This document shows positions 1-10,111 of a stretch of 57,710 bases of DNA, piece by piece. The notes beneath the pieces are model-generated. The model did not search any database and was not told the origin of the DNA. It was given only the letters and a program-made list of their open reading frames with translations. Origin of the DNA: a virus. The stretch is from the IMG/VR virus record IMGVR_UViG_3300045988_104231; one strand, 5' to 3'. The position numbers and the translations under genes were made by a program. The stretch's first letter is position 1. Every line of letters begins with the position of its first letter.

Positions 1-50
1 CTAAGAGCCATACCCGGCGGGAGTCGTATCCTGCGGGGTATGGCTCTTTT
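1..50 (+). terminator. Hairpin part of promoter+leader-hairpin cassette 1 (promoter part at 57611-57641, across the junction)
   Basis: 13-bp stem AAGAGCCATACCC (3-15) / GGGTATGGCTCTT (36-48) followed by TT. Identical to 38403-38452. Ends 18 nt before the ATG at 66. Confidence 0.7.
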
Positions 51-65
51 GGCGTTTATAGGCGT

Positions 66-956
66 ATGATAAACGTGAGCAAGATATCACCATTGCTTTT
101 TGACGTGGGCTATAACGGCATCGAGATGGAGCGTGAGTATGTACAACGCTTCTCTAATGTCGATAATGTAACTGTGCAATGCGTAGTATCCCCTTCCATC
201 ACTTTGTCAATGAAGCTGCAAGACCTCTGTTCTGGTGTGATATCTACGTTATCGCCGGTGTCGCATAATATCAATGACTCTAACAAATTGCTTGAGTTTA
301 TCATCCCGCCCGGCAATAGTGTGTATCGTGCGACAATTACCGGAAGCGGCGATCATTCAAGCAGCGTGCCATTCCGTTTCTGCGGCCAAGACGAGCTATC
401 GGATATGGTTAAGATGTCATATACAAACCGAGATAATATAACATCGTTCGGGGCCGTGTTCAAGGTCGGTAGTTCCCAAAGGGTGTTCAGCCTGTGGATA
501 GAGGGGGGATTCAAGTCGGACGGGCATTCATTAAACGTTAGCAACGAGCAATTTAGGACACAGGGACAAGAGATCATAGAGCTTTACGCCGTACCGTATC
601 AGGTGGACACGATCACGATAGGGGATAACGAGGGTGTACCTTTCGAGATGGCCCGCTTGATCAATAACATATTTTGCCTTTCGGACGTGAGATTAAACGG
701 CGTTAGGTATGTCCGTAGTGAGTCTAGCGTGCCCGAGAGACAGGTGATAGCTGAGAGATATCCGCTGTTTAATTACACGATGAATATAGAGAATGCCGAG
801 AACGTATCTTATAATGGGTTCACAGAGCAGGATGATGGGTCATGGGTGACAGGAACGATAAGTGTTAATGTCGATAACGCCAAGGATGGTCAGGTCTTGG
901 TGTATGATGATTCTGTTGGAGCGTTTGTTAATCAATCAAATTTGGATTCGTTATGA
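66..956 (+). CDS. Hypothetical protein, probable tail-tip/baseplate component (function inferred from position only)
   Basis: 296-aa ORF between the 643-aa tail protein and the tail fibre. Its stop overlaps the next start (ATGA). Confidence 0.55.
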   Translation: MINVSKISPLLFDVGYNGIEMEREYVQRFSNVDNVTVQCVVSPSITLSMKLQDLCSGVISTLSPVSHNINDSNKLLEFIIPPGNSVYRATITGSGDHSSSVPFRFCGQDELSDMVKMSYTNRDNITSFGAVFKVGSSQRVFSLWIEGGFKSDGHSLNVSNEQFRTQGQEIIELYAVPYQVDTITIGDNEGVPFEMARLINNIFCLSDVRLNGVRYVRSESSVPERQVIAERYPLFNYTMNIENAENVSYNGFTEQDDGSWVTGTISVNVDNAKDGQVLVYDDSVGAFVNQSNLDSL

Positions 957-3900
957 GCAAGAAGAAATTAACCAAGCATATATGGTACGGGTCTGATACC
1001 GTAAACGAGAACGGCGAGTTGCAGGCGGCTCCTCCCCCAAAAGCCGTGGATGACGGAACGGAGGAATGGCATCTGTCAGGCATAACCAGAGGCGAGCTTT
1101 ACCTTAACGATTATGAGGAAGATCCCTCCTTGTTTGTCTTATGCAGGGATGGTAAAATCAGAAAGATAAGCGGAGGGGGAAACGGGAATAAAGCCCCTTT
1201 ATATTGGAAACTTGTTGACAAGGACAGCGACGGCAATCCCCTTCCTGAGGACAAGTGGTACATCCTCACGGATTACCACGCCAAATCGGTAGGGGACGTT
1301 GTCGCTTACGCTACCTCGGATCACGACATTGTACTCCCTCATGCTGGCTACAACATGTTGGGTGCTGTTATGGTAAAGGAGGGTAGTGGGCTCATCATTG
1401 ATTCTACCACCGGCCTATTGTCGCTGGATCCGAATTTCGGCGGCAAGGGTAAGATCTATTATGCCGGAGCGGGCTTGCAATTACTGAACCAACCTGACAC
1501 GGAGGACACGCAGAACCAGTTCGCCGTGAAGTTCGGTAACGCCAAGGGCACTGTACTGGAAGGAGACAAGCTATACGCCGCCACATGGTGGGGGCAGAAA
1601 CTCAACTCCAACGGGATAGCTACCGGGGCGATGACAGGCGTGCCGAGCATCAACGGCCTTATACACCTTAACAGCGACAAGACGTTTGACGTGGCCAAGG
1701 ATAAATCGGCGCAATGGGTCCGTTTCTCGGGCGGGAACTCGATTAACGGGATGACCGGGACGAACGCCGTGCTGTCCAACCTATACCTCAATTATAAGGA
1801 CGCTAGCCATTATGTCAAGGTGGACGCCAGTGATAACATCCTTGCGACCGGTGATGTCGTGGCCTACGCTGCCGGGAATTATGATATCATAAGTCCTATA
1901 GCCGGTACCGGGGCGTTAGGCATGGTCAAGGTTGGGAGCGGTCTTAATATAGCTACAGATGGAACGCTGAGCGTGGCGGGTGATGTCGGTGGTAGCGTGT
2001 CTGGTATAACGAAAACAGGAACCGGGAACGCCCTTACGGATGTCGAGTTGAGTGAGGACAAAAAGATAATAGCGTTTACAAAGGGACTTACGTTCTGGCA
2101 TGCCGGGAATGATGGCTCTGGCTCTGGGTTGGACGCTGATCTATTAGACGGATGGCATACGAGTGAAATAAGAAGGAGGATATTGTCATTTGAAAACCAT
2201 GCCAAAAATTCAGAAAACAAATATAACCCAGATGATATAACAGATGGTGGTATGATGTATAATTACGAAAATATGACCAATTGGTTAAATATGCCTTCCG
2301 GATTTTCATACGGTTCAGTCATTCGTTTTTATCCATATCAAAAACCTCTACTTAATGGTATGTTAGCATGGGATATAAACCACGATAGCACAACGGATGT
2401 AACAAGGAAACTGTATTTTCGTGCGAATGGTAATGTTAATAACGTGAATACATGGGGGAAATGGCATGAGATAGCGTTCACGGACGGAAATATTGCGTCA
2501 GCCACCAAACTCCAAACAGCCCGAACTATTTGGGGGCAGTCTTTCAACGGCACCGCTAATGTTAGAGGTAATATGAGTGATGTGGATCATATTTATATGA
2601 ACAATAATAATAACTTTTTCATAAAAGACACCAATGGCAACGATATAAATGTTCTTGTTTTTAATGCCAACAATAGCCTACATATAGGTTATGGGGCGGC
2701 GGCTAATAATTACTTATTATGTTTAGAAGGAAACATAATTTTATTTAGGACTACTGCTTCTCATACCGAGAGAATGCGAATATCGGCCGACGGCAATGTC
2801 GGAATCGGGACATCATCCCCAGTAGATAGACTGGAAGTTGCAGGGGCTATTACGGCTAATGATATATATCCTAGAAGTAATAATTCTTATAGTGTTGGCT
2901 ACTCATCAAGAAGGTTCTCAAATGGATATTTTACGCAAGGCGTATACGTTGGAAACGCTAATACTAGTGCTAATAGTAATAGCAATAATACTCTTGTTGG
3001 CAAAGGATACTTGGAATTGAATGGTACCACCCCCTATATCAACTTCCATCACGGTAATTCCTCGTCTGATTACACTTCACGACTTGTAACAACCTCGAAC
3101 GACACGTTGAACTGCACTAGCAATTTCACGTCTAGCAAAAATATAAGAGCCACTGGTGATGTCGTGGCATATTCCACAGGGAACGCTCCAGCTCCATTTA
3201 AATACTGGTACCCATCGGTTGATACTAGTGGTAACCTTAGCTGGACGAACAGCACGTCAACGACAACGCCTACAACGAGGAACATCCGTGGGCCGCAAGG
3301 GGCTACCGGGCCACAGGGACCTAAAGGGGATACGGGGCCTAAAGGTGCTACCGGGGCAACAGGAGCGACTGGGCCACAAGGACCTGCGGGGCCTTCGTTC
3401 AATGGGGGGAATATAACAAATATGCTAAGTATTCGAAACAGCGGTTACCCAACACTAGAGCTATACCAAAGCACAAGCGTTTATTGGCGTATTTGTGCCA
3501 ATACGTCAAACAATACTTTTTGCTTCAAAAAATGGGACACGATTGTCAGTTACATAAATGGCGCTGGAGATTATGTAAAAAACTCAGATATGAGGCTTAA
3601 AAATCGGATATCTACAGTTAAAGATGTACTTGACAGGATAATGAGACTAGACGTATTCCGATATACATTGAAGTATGATCCGGATAAAACCGTATCTATA
3701 GGTTTATCTGCACAGCAGGTTAGTAACGAATTCCCCGAGATCGTCAGCAATGACGGTGATTATCTTGGAATATACTATGGTCAGATAGGGCCTATCGCTA
3801 TTCAAGGTATCAAGGAGTTGTATCGTAATATGATAGATGTGGATAGATTTGTTCGCTCCACAAAGTCATGGATGACCGACAAGGACAAGCGCATAGCAGA

Positions 3901-3958
3901 CCTTGAAGAAGAGGTGAAAGAGTTAAGAGAAGAGTTGAACAATTTAAAAGCGGCGTAA
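953..3958 (+). CDS. Tail fibre with collagen-like run and C-terminal S74-type intramolecular chaperone (self-cleaving) domain
   Basis: GDVVAYA repeats and an ERMRISADGNVGIGTSSPVDRLEV fibre motif. GPQGATGPQGPKGDTGPKGATGATGATGPQGPAGP collagen-like run. NSDMRLKNRI...IGLSAQQV...IKELY resembles the endosialidase-chaperone domain. Coiled-coil tail. Confidence 0.85.
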   Translation: MSKKKLTKHIWYGSDTVNENGELQAAPPPKAVDDGTEEWHLSGITRGELYLNDYEEDPSLFVLCRDGKIRKISGGGNGNKAPLYWKLVDKDSDGNPLPEDKWYILTDYHAKSVGDVVAYATSDHDIVLPHAGYNMLGAVMVKEGSGLIIDSTTGLLSLDPNFGGKGKIYYAGAGLQLLNQPDTEDTQNQFAVKFGNAKGTVLEGDKLYAATWWGQKLNSNGIATGAMTGVPSINGLIHLNSDKTFDVAKDKSAQWVRFSGGNSINGMTGTNAVLSNLYLNYKDASHYVKVDASDNILATGDVVAYAAGNYDIISPIAGTGALGMVKVGSGLNIATDGTLSVAGDVGGSVSGITKTGTGNALTDVELSEDKKIIAFTKGLTFWHAGNDGSGSGLDADLLDGWHTSEIRRRILSFENHAKNSENKYNPDDITDGGMMYNYENMTNWLNMPSGFSYGSVIRFYPYQKPLLNGMLAWDINHDSTTDVTRKLYFRANGNVNNVNTWGKWHEIAFTDGNIASATKLQTARTIWGQSFNGTANVRGNMSDVDHIYMNNNNNFFIKDTNGNDINVLVFNANNSLHIGYGAAANNYLLCLEGNIILFRTTASHTERMRISADGNVGIGTSSPVDRLEVAGAITANDIYPRSNNSYSVGYSSRRFSNGYFTQGVYVGNANTSANSNSNNTLVGKGYLELNGTTPYINFHHGNSSSDYTSRLVTTSNDTLNCTSNFTSSKNIRATGDVVAYSTGNAPAPFKYWYPSVDTSGNLSWTNSTSTTTPTTRNIRGPQGATGPQGPKGDTGPKGATGATGATGPQGPAGPSFNGGNITNMLSIRNSGYPTLELYQSTSVYWRICANTSNNTFCFKKWDTIVSYINGAGDYVKNSDMRLKNRISTVKDVLDRIMRLDVFRYTLKYDPDKTVSIGLSAQQVSNEFPEIVSNDGDYLGIYYGQIGPIAIQGIKELYRNMIDVDRFVRSTKSWMTDKDKRIADLEEEVKELREELNNLKAA
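3290..3394 (+). repeat. Collagen-like Gly-X-Y run (35 aa) inside tail fibre 1
   Basis: Uninterrupted G-X-Y triplets read directly from the translation. Confidence 0.9.
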
Positions 3959-3959
3959 A

Positions 3960-5027
3960 ATGGCTACATTACCGAATAACGATATATCAATAATGTTGGT
4001 GCGTAATGCATTAAATTGCCCAAGCACTGATCTTGGTACATTATGTGCCAAGGCAAAATCTGGAGGTAAAGGCGGGTATGCTTTTGAGATAGTAGAAAAT
4101 GGCTACACGCAAGTCCATGGAAGAAATATTATTGATTCTGAAGGTTTACCTTCTTCCCACCCGTATTGGAATATATGGTGTAATAATTCCCCGGGCCAGT
4201 GGAAATTGGTTGATAGCCCATCTAAGCCTGTACGCTTTGAGCTAAAAAGAGATTCCTCTAATAAATATATTTTTAGTCTTGGGGGCTTCAGGGGGCACAA
4301 CACCGACGCTTCAATCCCGATAATGCCAAATATAAAAAAGACGTTTGTACGGCACGGTACGTTGCCTATAAACACAGATATAGAACTCAAAGCCAATCTT
4401 GGCGATTACGATTGGTCTAAGATTAGCGGGGTAAATGGGTGCCAACTTTTTGTATACGATGGCAACTCAATATATTCTAGATCGGAAGTCAAGGCAATAA
4501 CCCGTAATTCGCTTATGAGTATGGGTAAAATTCCGTTGATGATAAACACTACAAGTACATATACTAAAAAATATACTATTAAAATGGCTTTAGGTACTGC
4601 CGCTGGTATAGGCACGCCAACGGTTGATTTTAATATGCTTGGGGTATTGCCTGTATTCGGAGAGTTATCTATTACTGTCGCGGATGCTTCTCCAGCATAT
4701 ATAGCCGATGTGTATATAGAAAACTTTGCGCATGCTTTCCGTTTAACCGATGTCATAAATGAAAATCATGTCAACGGTACATACACAGGTCTAGGTGGTA
4801 TAAGCGCTGATAACAGAAGGCTTGTTAGACTAAGATATGAGAAAGTAAGCAACGCTGATAATTCAATATTGGAGACTATAGATGTAACATCCGCTTTTAA
4901 GCCTACAGAAAGACCTCCTATGTTATCTGTATATCATGTCGGGGATACGGAGTCTTTTTATTTTGACCAGAATAGGATGTATAACTCACAAGGAACGCAT
5001 ATAGTTGTAACATTTTTTTATGAATAA
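3960..5027 (+). CDS. Hypothetical protein adjacent to tail fibre (possible receptor-binding or assembly partner)
   Basis: 355-aa ORF starting 1 nt after the fibre stop. Visibly AT-richer than the genome backbone. Confidence 0.5.
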   Translation: MATLPNNDISIMLVRNALNCPSTDLGTLCAKAKSGGKGGYAFEIVENGYTQVHGRNIIDSEGLPSSHPYWNIWCNNSPGQWKLVDSPSKPVRFELKRDSSNKYIFSLGGFRGHNTDASIPIMPNIKKTFVRHGTLPINTDIELKANLGDYDWSKISGVNGCQLFVYDGNSIYSRSEVKAITRNSLMSMGKIPLMINTTSTYTKKYTIKMALGTAAGIGTPTVDFNMLGVLPVFGELSITVADASPAYIADVYIENFAHAFRLTDVINENHVNGTYTGLGGISADNRRLVRLRYEKVSNADNSILETIDVTSAFKPTERPPMLSVYHVGDTESFYFDQNRMYNSQGTHIVVTFFYE

Positions 5028-5048
5028 ACATTTTAAAAACTAAAGATT

Positions 5049-5342
5049 ATGACATTACAAGAAGTAAAGACAGAGAGCGTAACAAAAATCATCAATGGTA
5101 CTGGAGAAACTCTTGATATCAAGGAGAGCCGTGTTACGATAACGAGCGAGAACAAGGTATCCGAGGCGAACGGACAGGTTTATAACAAGCAAGCCGGTTA
5201 TATCGGAAGCTATAACTACACCAGATTTGGTGGATTGAGCGTCAATGCAAATGATAGCACATTTACCGCTCTGCAAGTAAGCGGTGAGGTATTGAAATAC
5301 ATCGACGCTATCGAGAACCAAGTATCGGTAGTGATGAATTAA
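5049..5342 (+). CDS. Hypothetical protein
   Basis: 97-aa ORF, co-directional and tightly spaced. Confidence 0.5.
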   Translation: MTLQEVKTESVTKIINGTGETLDIKESRVTITSENKVSEANGQVYNKQAGYIGSYNYTRFGGLSVNANDSTFTALQVSGEVLKYIDAIENQVSVVMN

Positions 5343-5408
5343 TTATTTTTCCGGTCGTGTCATTCAGACGCGACCGGGCTACAAGTTGAATTATAACATA
5401 AAAAACAT

Positions 5409-5855
5409 ATGAAAAAGAAAGAAGCCATTGAATTGTACAAGGTGTTGAACGGATGCAAGCTGACCGGTATGGTGTCATCCTCGAAGATGACGGTGTTGAA
5501 CAACCTTAGAAAATTGCGCCCCATATCGGAGACATACGAGGCTGATATAAAAGAAGCCATTGAGAAGTTTAAGCCGGAGGGCTTTGACGACCTGATGAAA
5601 AAGGTTCGTGGTCATAATGATTCCGTGAACACGGGCGGTAAGCCTGTGATGTCTGGGGATGAGCTGAGGGATGCGTCCTCGATCATCGAAGAGTACAACA
5701 AGGAGGTAAATGATTTTGTCGAGAAGATACTGGATGAGGATGCCGGGATTGAGTTAAATAAGCTTGACAATCCAGACTTGGAGAAGCTTTTGGACGCTAA
5801 TGATATAGAGGCTAGCCAACTGGAGATAATCTATTCACGCTTGTCATGTAATTAA
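5409..5855 (+). CDS. Hypothetical acidic protein
   Basis: 148-aa ORF with no recognisable motif. Confidence 0.5.
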   Translation: MKKKEAIELYKVLNGCKLTGMVSSSKMTVLNNLRKLRPISETYEADIKEAIEKFKPEGFDDLMKKVRGHNDSVNTGGKPVMSGDELRDASSIIEEYNKEVNDFVEKILDEDAGIELNKLDNPDLEKLLDANDIEASQLEIIYSRLSCN

Positions 5856-6017
5856 TTACCCATGCAATATAGCCACAATCGTAGCTACCATATTGGGATC
5901 TTCGATGGTTAGGCGGTTAAGCCAAGAAGCATATTTTATTATTAAATGACTGTAATTATGAAAACTGTTAATTTCAAGAGGTTTTAGTTTTTACCTAATT
6001 GATAAATATTTTATATC

Positions 6018-9000
6018 ATGGAGAGTATAAGGATAGGTAACGACATAAACATAGAATGGAGCATCCTTAGGAATGGTGATCCAGAGACACTGGAAGGTAA
6101 GGACTTGCGTGTCGTGATGACCAATGGTTACAGGAAGATGGAGGTAAAAGACCTCCACTTCCGGGATAACGTGATACGATTCACCTACCTAGGCAAAGAC
6201 CAAGATTATAACGGAGTCTATACGCTGACCCTTATCGAGAACAAAGGGAAGGAGGGCATGTACACCGTAGATGCTTGCGATGCGTTCCGTCTTATCCCAC
6301 GGTCGTGCTCCGTAGGTGGAGATACGGGATGCGGTAGCGTCAAGGTGACAACGGTAAGGCTAACGGGAGATATATCCGTTCCTGCCGTAGGAACCGGCGA
6401 TTATGAAAGTATAACCAATAAACCACGGATCAACGGGGTTGAGTTGGTCGGGGATAAGTCCCTAGAGGAGTTAGGGATACCCATTCTACCTGATAATATC
6501 GTGACTGATGCAGATTACACGCATACGGATAACAACTTGACGGACGCTCTTTTAGAAAAGCTCGACGGATTGAGTAATTACGATGATACGGCGTTAAGAG
6601 AGGCTTTAACCTCCGAGATCAGCAGGGCAAAGGAGGTAGAGGAGGATCTTGACACGGCCATAAGGAAAGTGGCTTCCGATCTGTCCACGTTTATAACGGG
6701 AGATCCGGACGCGGACAATGTCATCAACAGATGGCAGGAGGTGGTGGAGTTCTTGTCCGGTATGACAGAGGATAAGGATATGGCCGGAGTGTTGCTGGAT
6801 TTGAAAAAACAAATACTTGCGGAGGTCACGAGTATCTTGTCAGGTTATTACACGTCCGGACAGATTGACGATAGGTTTGTCGAGAAGATCAAAGGGAAGG
6901 GACTTAGCACAAACGACCTTACGGATGAGCTGTTATCTAAGATCAACGGCTTATCCAACTATGATGATGAATGGGTCAGGAGTGAGATCGCCTCTATCAA
7001 GGCGGATATCGACACGTTATTGGGTGATGGAGCGAGCGACGCTATAGATACTTTCCATGAGATCGAGCTTTTTTTGCAGGGTATTACGGATAAGGAAACC
7101 CTAACCGGTCTTCTCAATGACTTGCGTGCGGAGATAACGGCTTTGATCCCAACCAAGACATCCCAGTTAACAAATGACGATCACATCGTAAAGGACGCTA
7201 ATTACGTCCATACGGACAATAATTATACAGACGAAGATAAGGGTAAGTTGGATGGATTGGATAATTACGACGATACGGGTATCCGGAATCTGGTCACCGG
7301 TCTAAGGACGGGCGTTGATAAGTTAAAGCCCGTTGTCACCTCCACCCCGTCTAGCGGTCAGATAACCATAACGCCGGACAAGGCCAAAAACGAAGATCCG
7401 GACGTGTCGATAACGCTGAAGACCAAGGGGGACAAGGATAAGTCGCTGATGGCCGACGGCAAGTACCGCAAGCTGCCCGTGTACGGGAGGAACCTGTTGC
7501 TGGGATCGGGTAAAGAGGTTAGCAACTCGAATTACAATATCGCTAATTATTGGTTGGCAGAACAGATACCAGAAGGGACACAAGTAACTGTTACTATATG
7601 GGGAGAATTAGGAGAAGATAGAACTGGATTTAAACTGTTTAATAGCGGAGAAAATGTAACAGCTAATGGTGGTTTCCACGGTGATACAAATGAAGCTTTT
7701 ATAGTACTGGACGAGGGTGTTGGAAAAACAACATTTAATTGGTCTACAACTGATAAAAATTCAGGATCTATTGCACCTAACACTTACTTAAGAATATATG
7801 CTTTCCCTTATAAAAGTACTCCTAATACAACCTCCACCATCCATAAGATTAAACTTGAATATGGTGACATCTCGACCGAGTGGACCCCCGCTTGGGAGGA
7901 CATCCCGGATATAGAGGAGCGGTACGCCTACGGTGTAGAGTGGGACATGGCTTCGTCAAGCCCGGACGGGAAGCGTGTGGGGAATATGCAATTGCATAGG
8001 GAGTTGCCGGTGCAAAACAGGATGAGAAGGTGTATTCTTGACACAAATGGGGGGATTCCTGCATATGATACGGAAGTTCTTACAGGAGAATATTCAAACC
8101 CATCTGTTTTTTCTGCTATGGTTGAAATCCCAGATCATTGGTATAAAATATATATCCAAGGTACTAAATTTAGGGTGATGTTGTCGGCTATGCCATTACC
8201 CGGGTATAACCACATTGATAAATTCTATATATCTACCACGGAAGCTCGTATTTCCCGATCTAATTTGATTCTGTTTAGCTCTTATGGTGTTGGTTCTTCC
8301 GATACAAACGTGCGTGGTGGAGACAACACAGCCGAATGGGATGGCACCTACCGTTCCTTGTTAGGGTGTCCCGTCACCAACCTCACCCGAGACCAATTCC
8401 GGCAAGCCGCGAGGAAAAGAGGCAGCGGATGGGAAATGTATACCTACAACGCCCACAAGATCCTGTTCTGGCTATTCGCCGTCGAGTACGCCACGCTGGA
8501 CAGCCAGAAGCCTTTCAACGCCCAGAAGGACGCTAACGGTTTCGCCCAAGGTGGCCTAGGTCCGGGACCGAAGCAAATGACGGATTGGACTAACTTCAAT
8601 AACTTAAACCCCCTTATCCCATGCGGCTATACCAACGAGTTCGGGAACGGCTCGGGAGAGAAGGCATATGTGGTGAAGAACGCTTCCGGCGGTACTCATG
8701 CCACATTGATGGCTAACAGGTATCGTGGCATAGAGAATCCGTTCGGCCATATATGGAAATACACTGACGGGGCCAATATACAGGTCACCACGGGTGATTC
8801 CGGATTGTCTATCTTATGGACTACCGATGACCCGTCGAATTTCAGCGACACCTCTTACACCGGCTATGACAAGAAGGGCAATATCTGCCGTACAAACGGT
8901 TATGCCAAGAAGATGTTGCTTGGGGAAGATGGCGATATAGTGGCCACGGAGGTCGGCGGTAGCTCCTCTACCTACTGGTGCGACTACTACTACACCTACA

Positions 9001-9164
9001 CATCGGCTAACCGCATGCAGGTGGTGCTGGTTGGCGGTCGCGCGGACAACGGGTCGAATGCGGGCCTCGCTTACGTGGATACGCATCTTGCGCCTTCCGG
9101 TGCGTATCGTAACCTCGGTTCGCGCCTTTGCTTTTTCCCCGAATATCGTAAAACGTCGGCGTAG
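6018..9164 (+). CDS. Large tail fibre / host-specificity protein with C-type-lectin/FGE-like C-terminal domain
   Basis: Three Y(T/V)HTDNN.TD...KL(D/N)GL.NYDD repeats. KLEYGDISTEWTPAWEDI motif is typical of phage fibre CBM-like modules. C-terminus RGIENPFGHIW...GGRADNGSNAGLAYVD...NLGSRLCF resembles an FGE-sulfatase/CLec fold. Confidence 0.75.
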   Translation: MESIRIGNDINIEWSILRNGDPETLEGKDLRVVMTNGYRKMEVKDLHFRDNVIRFTYLGKDQDYNGVYTLTLIENKGKEGMYTVDACDAFRLIPRSCSVGGDTGCGSVKVTTVRLTGDISVPAVGTGDYESITNKPRINGVELVGDKSLEELGIPILPDNIVTDADYTHTDNNLTDALLEKLDGLSNYDDTALREALTSEISRAKEVEEDLDTAIRKVASDLSTFITGDPDADNVINRWQEVVEFLSGMTEDKDMAGVLLDLKKQILAEVTSILSGYYTSGQIDDRFVEKIKGKGLSTNDLTDELLSKINGLSNYDDEWVRSEIASIKADIDTLLGDGASDAIDTFHEIELFLQGITDKETLTGLLNDLRAEITALIPTKTSQLTNDDHIVKDANYVHTDNNYTDEDKGKLDGLDNYDDTGIRNLVTGLRTGVDKLKPVVTSTPSSGQITITPDKAKNEDPDVSITLKTKGDKDKSLMADGKYRKLPVYGRNLLLGSGKEVSNSNYNIANYWLAEQIPEGTQVTVTIWGELGEDRTGFKLFNSGENVTANGGFHGDTNEAFIVLDEGVGKTTFNWSTTDKNSGSIAPNTYLRIYAFPYKSTPNTTSTIHKIKLEYGDISTEWTPAWEDIPDIEERYAYGVEWDMASSSPDGKRVGNMQLHRELPVQNRMRRCILDTNGGIPAYDTEVLTGEYSNPSVFSAMVEIPDHWYKIYIQGTKFRVMLSAMPLPGYNHIDKFYISTTEARISRSNLILFSSYGVGSSDTNVRGGDNTAEWDGTYRSLLGCPVTNLTRDQFRQAARKRGSGWEMYTYNAHKILFWLFAVEYATLDSQKPFNAQKDANGFAQGGLGPGPKQMTDWTNFNNLNPLIPCGYTNEFGNGSGEKAYVVKNASGGTHATLMANRYRGIENPFGHIWKYTDGANIQVTTGDSGLSILWTTDDPSNFSDTSYTGYDKKGNICRTNGYAKKMLLGEDGDIVATEVGGSSSTYWCDYYYTYTSANRMQVVLVGGRADNGSNAGLAYVDTHLAPSGAYRNLGSRLCFFPEYRKTSA

Positions 9165-9215
9165 CCGCACGTCTCACGTCGGGAATTTTTTTGTATAACG
9201 ATTAAATAACAAGAC

Positions 9216-9608
9216 ATGAAAAGAACATATAGCGACACTATACCGATCACTATAGAAAAGGACGGTGACGGATCCTACCTTTACCGGTGGGACGTTAGAG
9301 AGGAGACAAGGGAGATGGGTGACGATATGGCCCTCGTGATCTCCTATAGTTACAACGAGGTCATGGTATGGCCCACGTTGACTGCCAACAAGATATTGGA
9401 GGCCTGTATCAATGCCCTATGGGACAAGGACGTGGAGCAAAAGAAGCTGAACGACTACAACGCCGCCCAGCTAGGCATACTGGACTTGTCATACGTGGAG
9501 TCTTATAAGACGTTCCTTAACGAGAGGAAGGCGTTGAAAGACCGTGTGGATAGCGATTTCGCCGAGTGGGAGGCGGCGAGAGAGGAGGAGAGCGTAGTGG
9601 TTTTATAA
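9216..9608 (+). CDS. Hypothetical protein
   Basis: 130-aa ORF. Confidence 0.5.
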   Translation: MKRTYSDTIPITIEKDGDGSYLYRWDVREETREMGDDMALVISYSYNEVMVWPTLTANKILEACINALWDKDVEQKKLNDYNAAQLGILDLSYVESYKTFLNERKALKDRVDSDFAEWEAAREEESVVVL

Positions 9609-9631
9609 CTAAATAAAAAAGGATCGGAAGA

Positions 9632-10108
9632 ATGGAGTTTTTTAAGATGATTTGCAGTATGAGGGAGCTACTGACTGTAGTCGTGTTTGAGATGTTCATC
9701 GTTATGGTGGCGATGGGGTGGGATTTCGCCTCGGGTTATTACAAGGCTAAATTGAGGGGCGAGGAGCGTAATTCGTATGGCATGCGTAGGACGGTCAGTA
9801 AGTTCATACTTTACGCTGGTAGCGTATGTATAGCGTGCGGGATAGACTCGGTTTGCTACGTGTGTCGGTTCTGGGAATTTATCCATCTGCCTTTCTTGAC
9901 CAATGCCCCGGTCGTATCCTCGATAGTGACCGTATTTATCTTGATAACGGAGGTTAGGTCTATCTGGGAGAAGGCAGACGCTAAACAAAGGAGGCAGGCG
10001 ATTAAGACAGCCGACATGATCGGTAAGGTTGTAACGCAAAAGGTTTTGGAGGACGCTTTGACAAACGCTTTATCCAATGCCATGAATAAAAAGAAGAAAG
10101 GAGAGTAA
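9632..10108 (+). CDS. Holin (phage_holin_4-like)
   Basis: GWDFASGYYKAKLRGEE.NSYGMRRTVSKF motif, at least 3 hydrophobic helices, basic C-terminal tail. Immediately upstream of the lysin. Confidence 0.65.
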   Translation: MEFFKMICSMRELLTVVVFEMFIVMVAMGWDFASGYYKAKLRGEERNSYGMRRTVSKFILYAGSVCIACGIDSVCYVCRFWEFIHLPFLTNAPVVSSIVTVFILITEVRSIWEKADAKQRRQAIKTADMIGKVVTQKVLEDALTNALSNAMNKKKKGE

Positions 10109-10111
10109 AAT

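Noticed and set aside
8950-9164. Diversity-generating retroelement targeting the CLec/FGE-like C-terminus of the 1,048-aa fibre
   Set aside because: No reverse-transcriptase ORF was found. I could not find a template-repeat copy of this region elsewhere in the genome.
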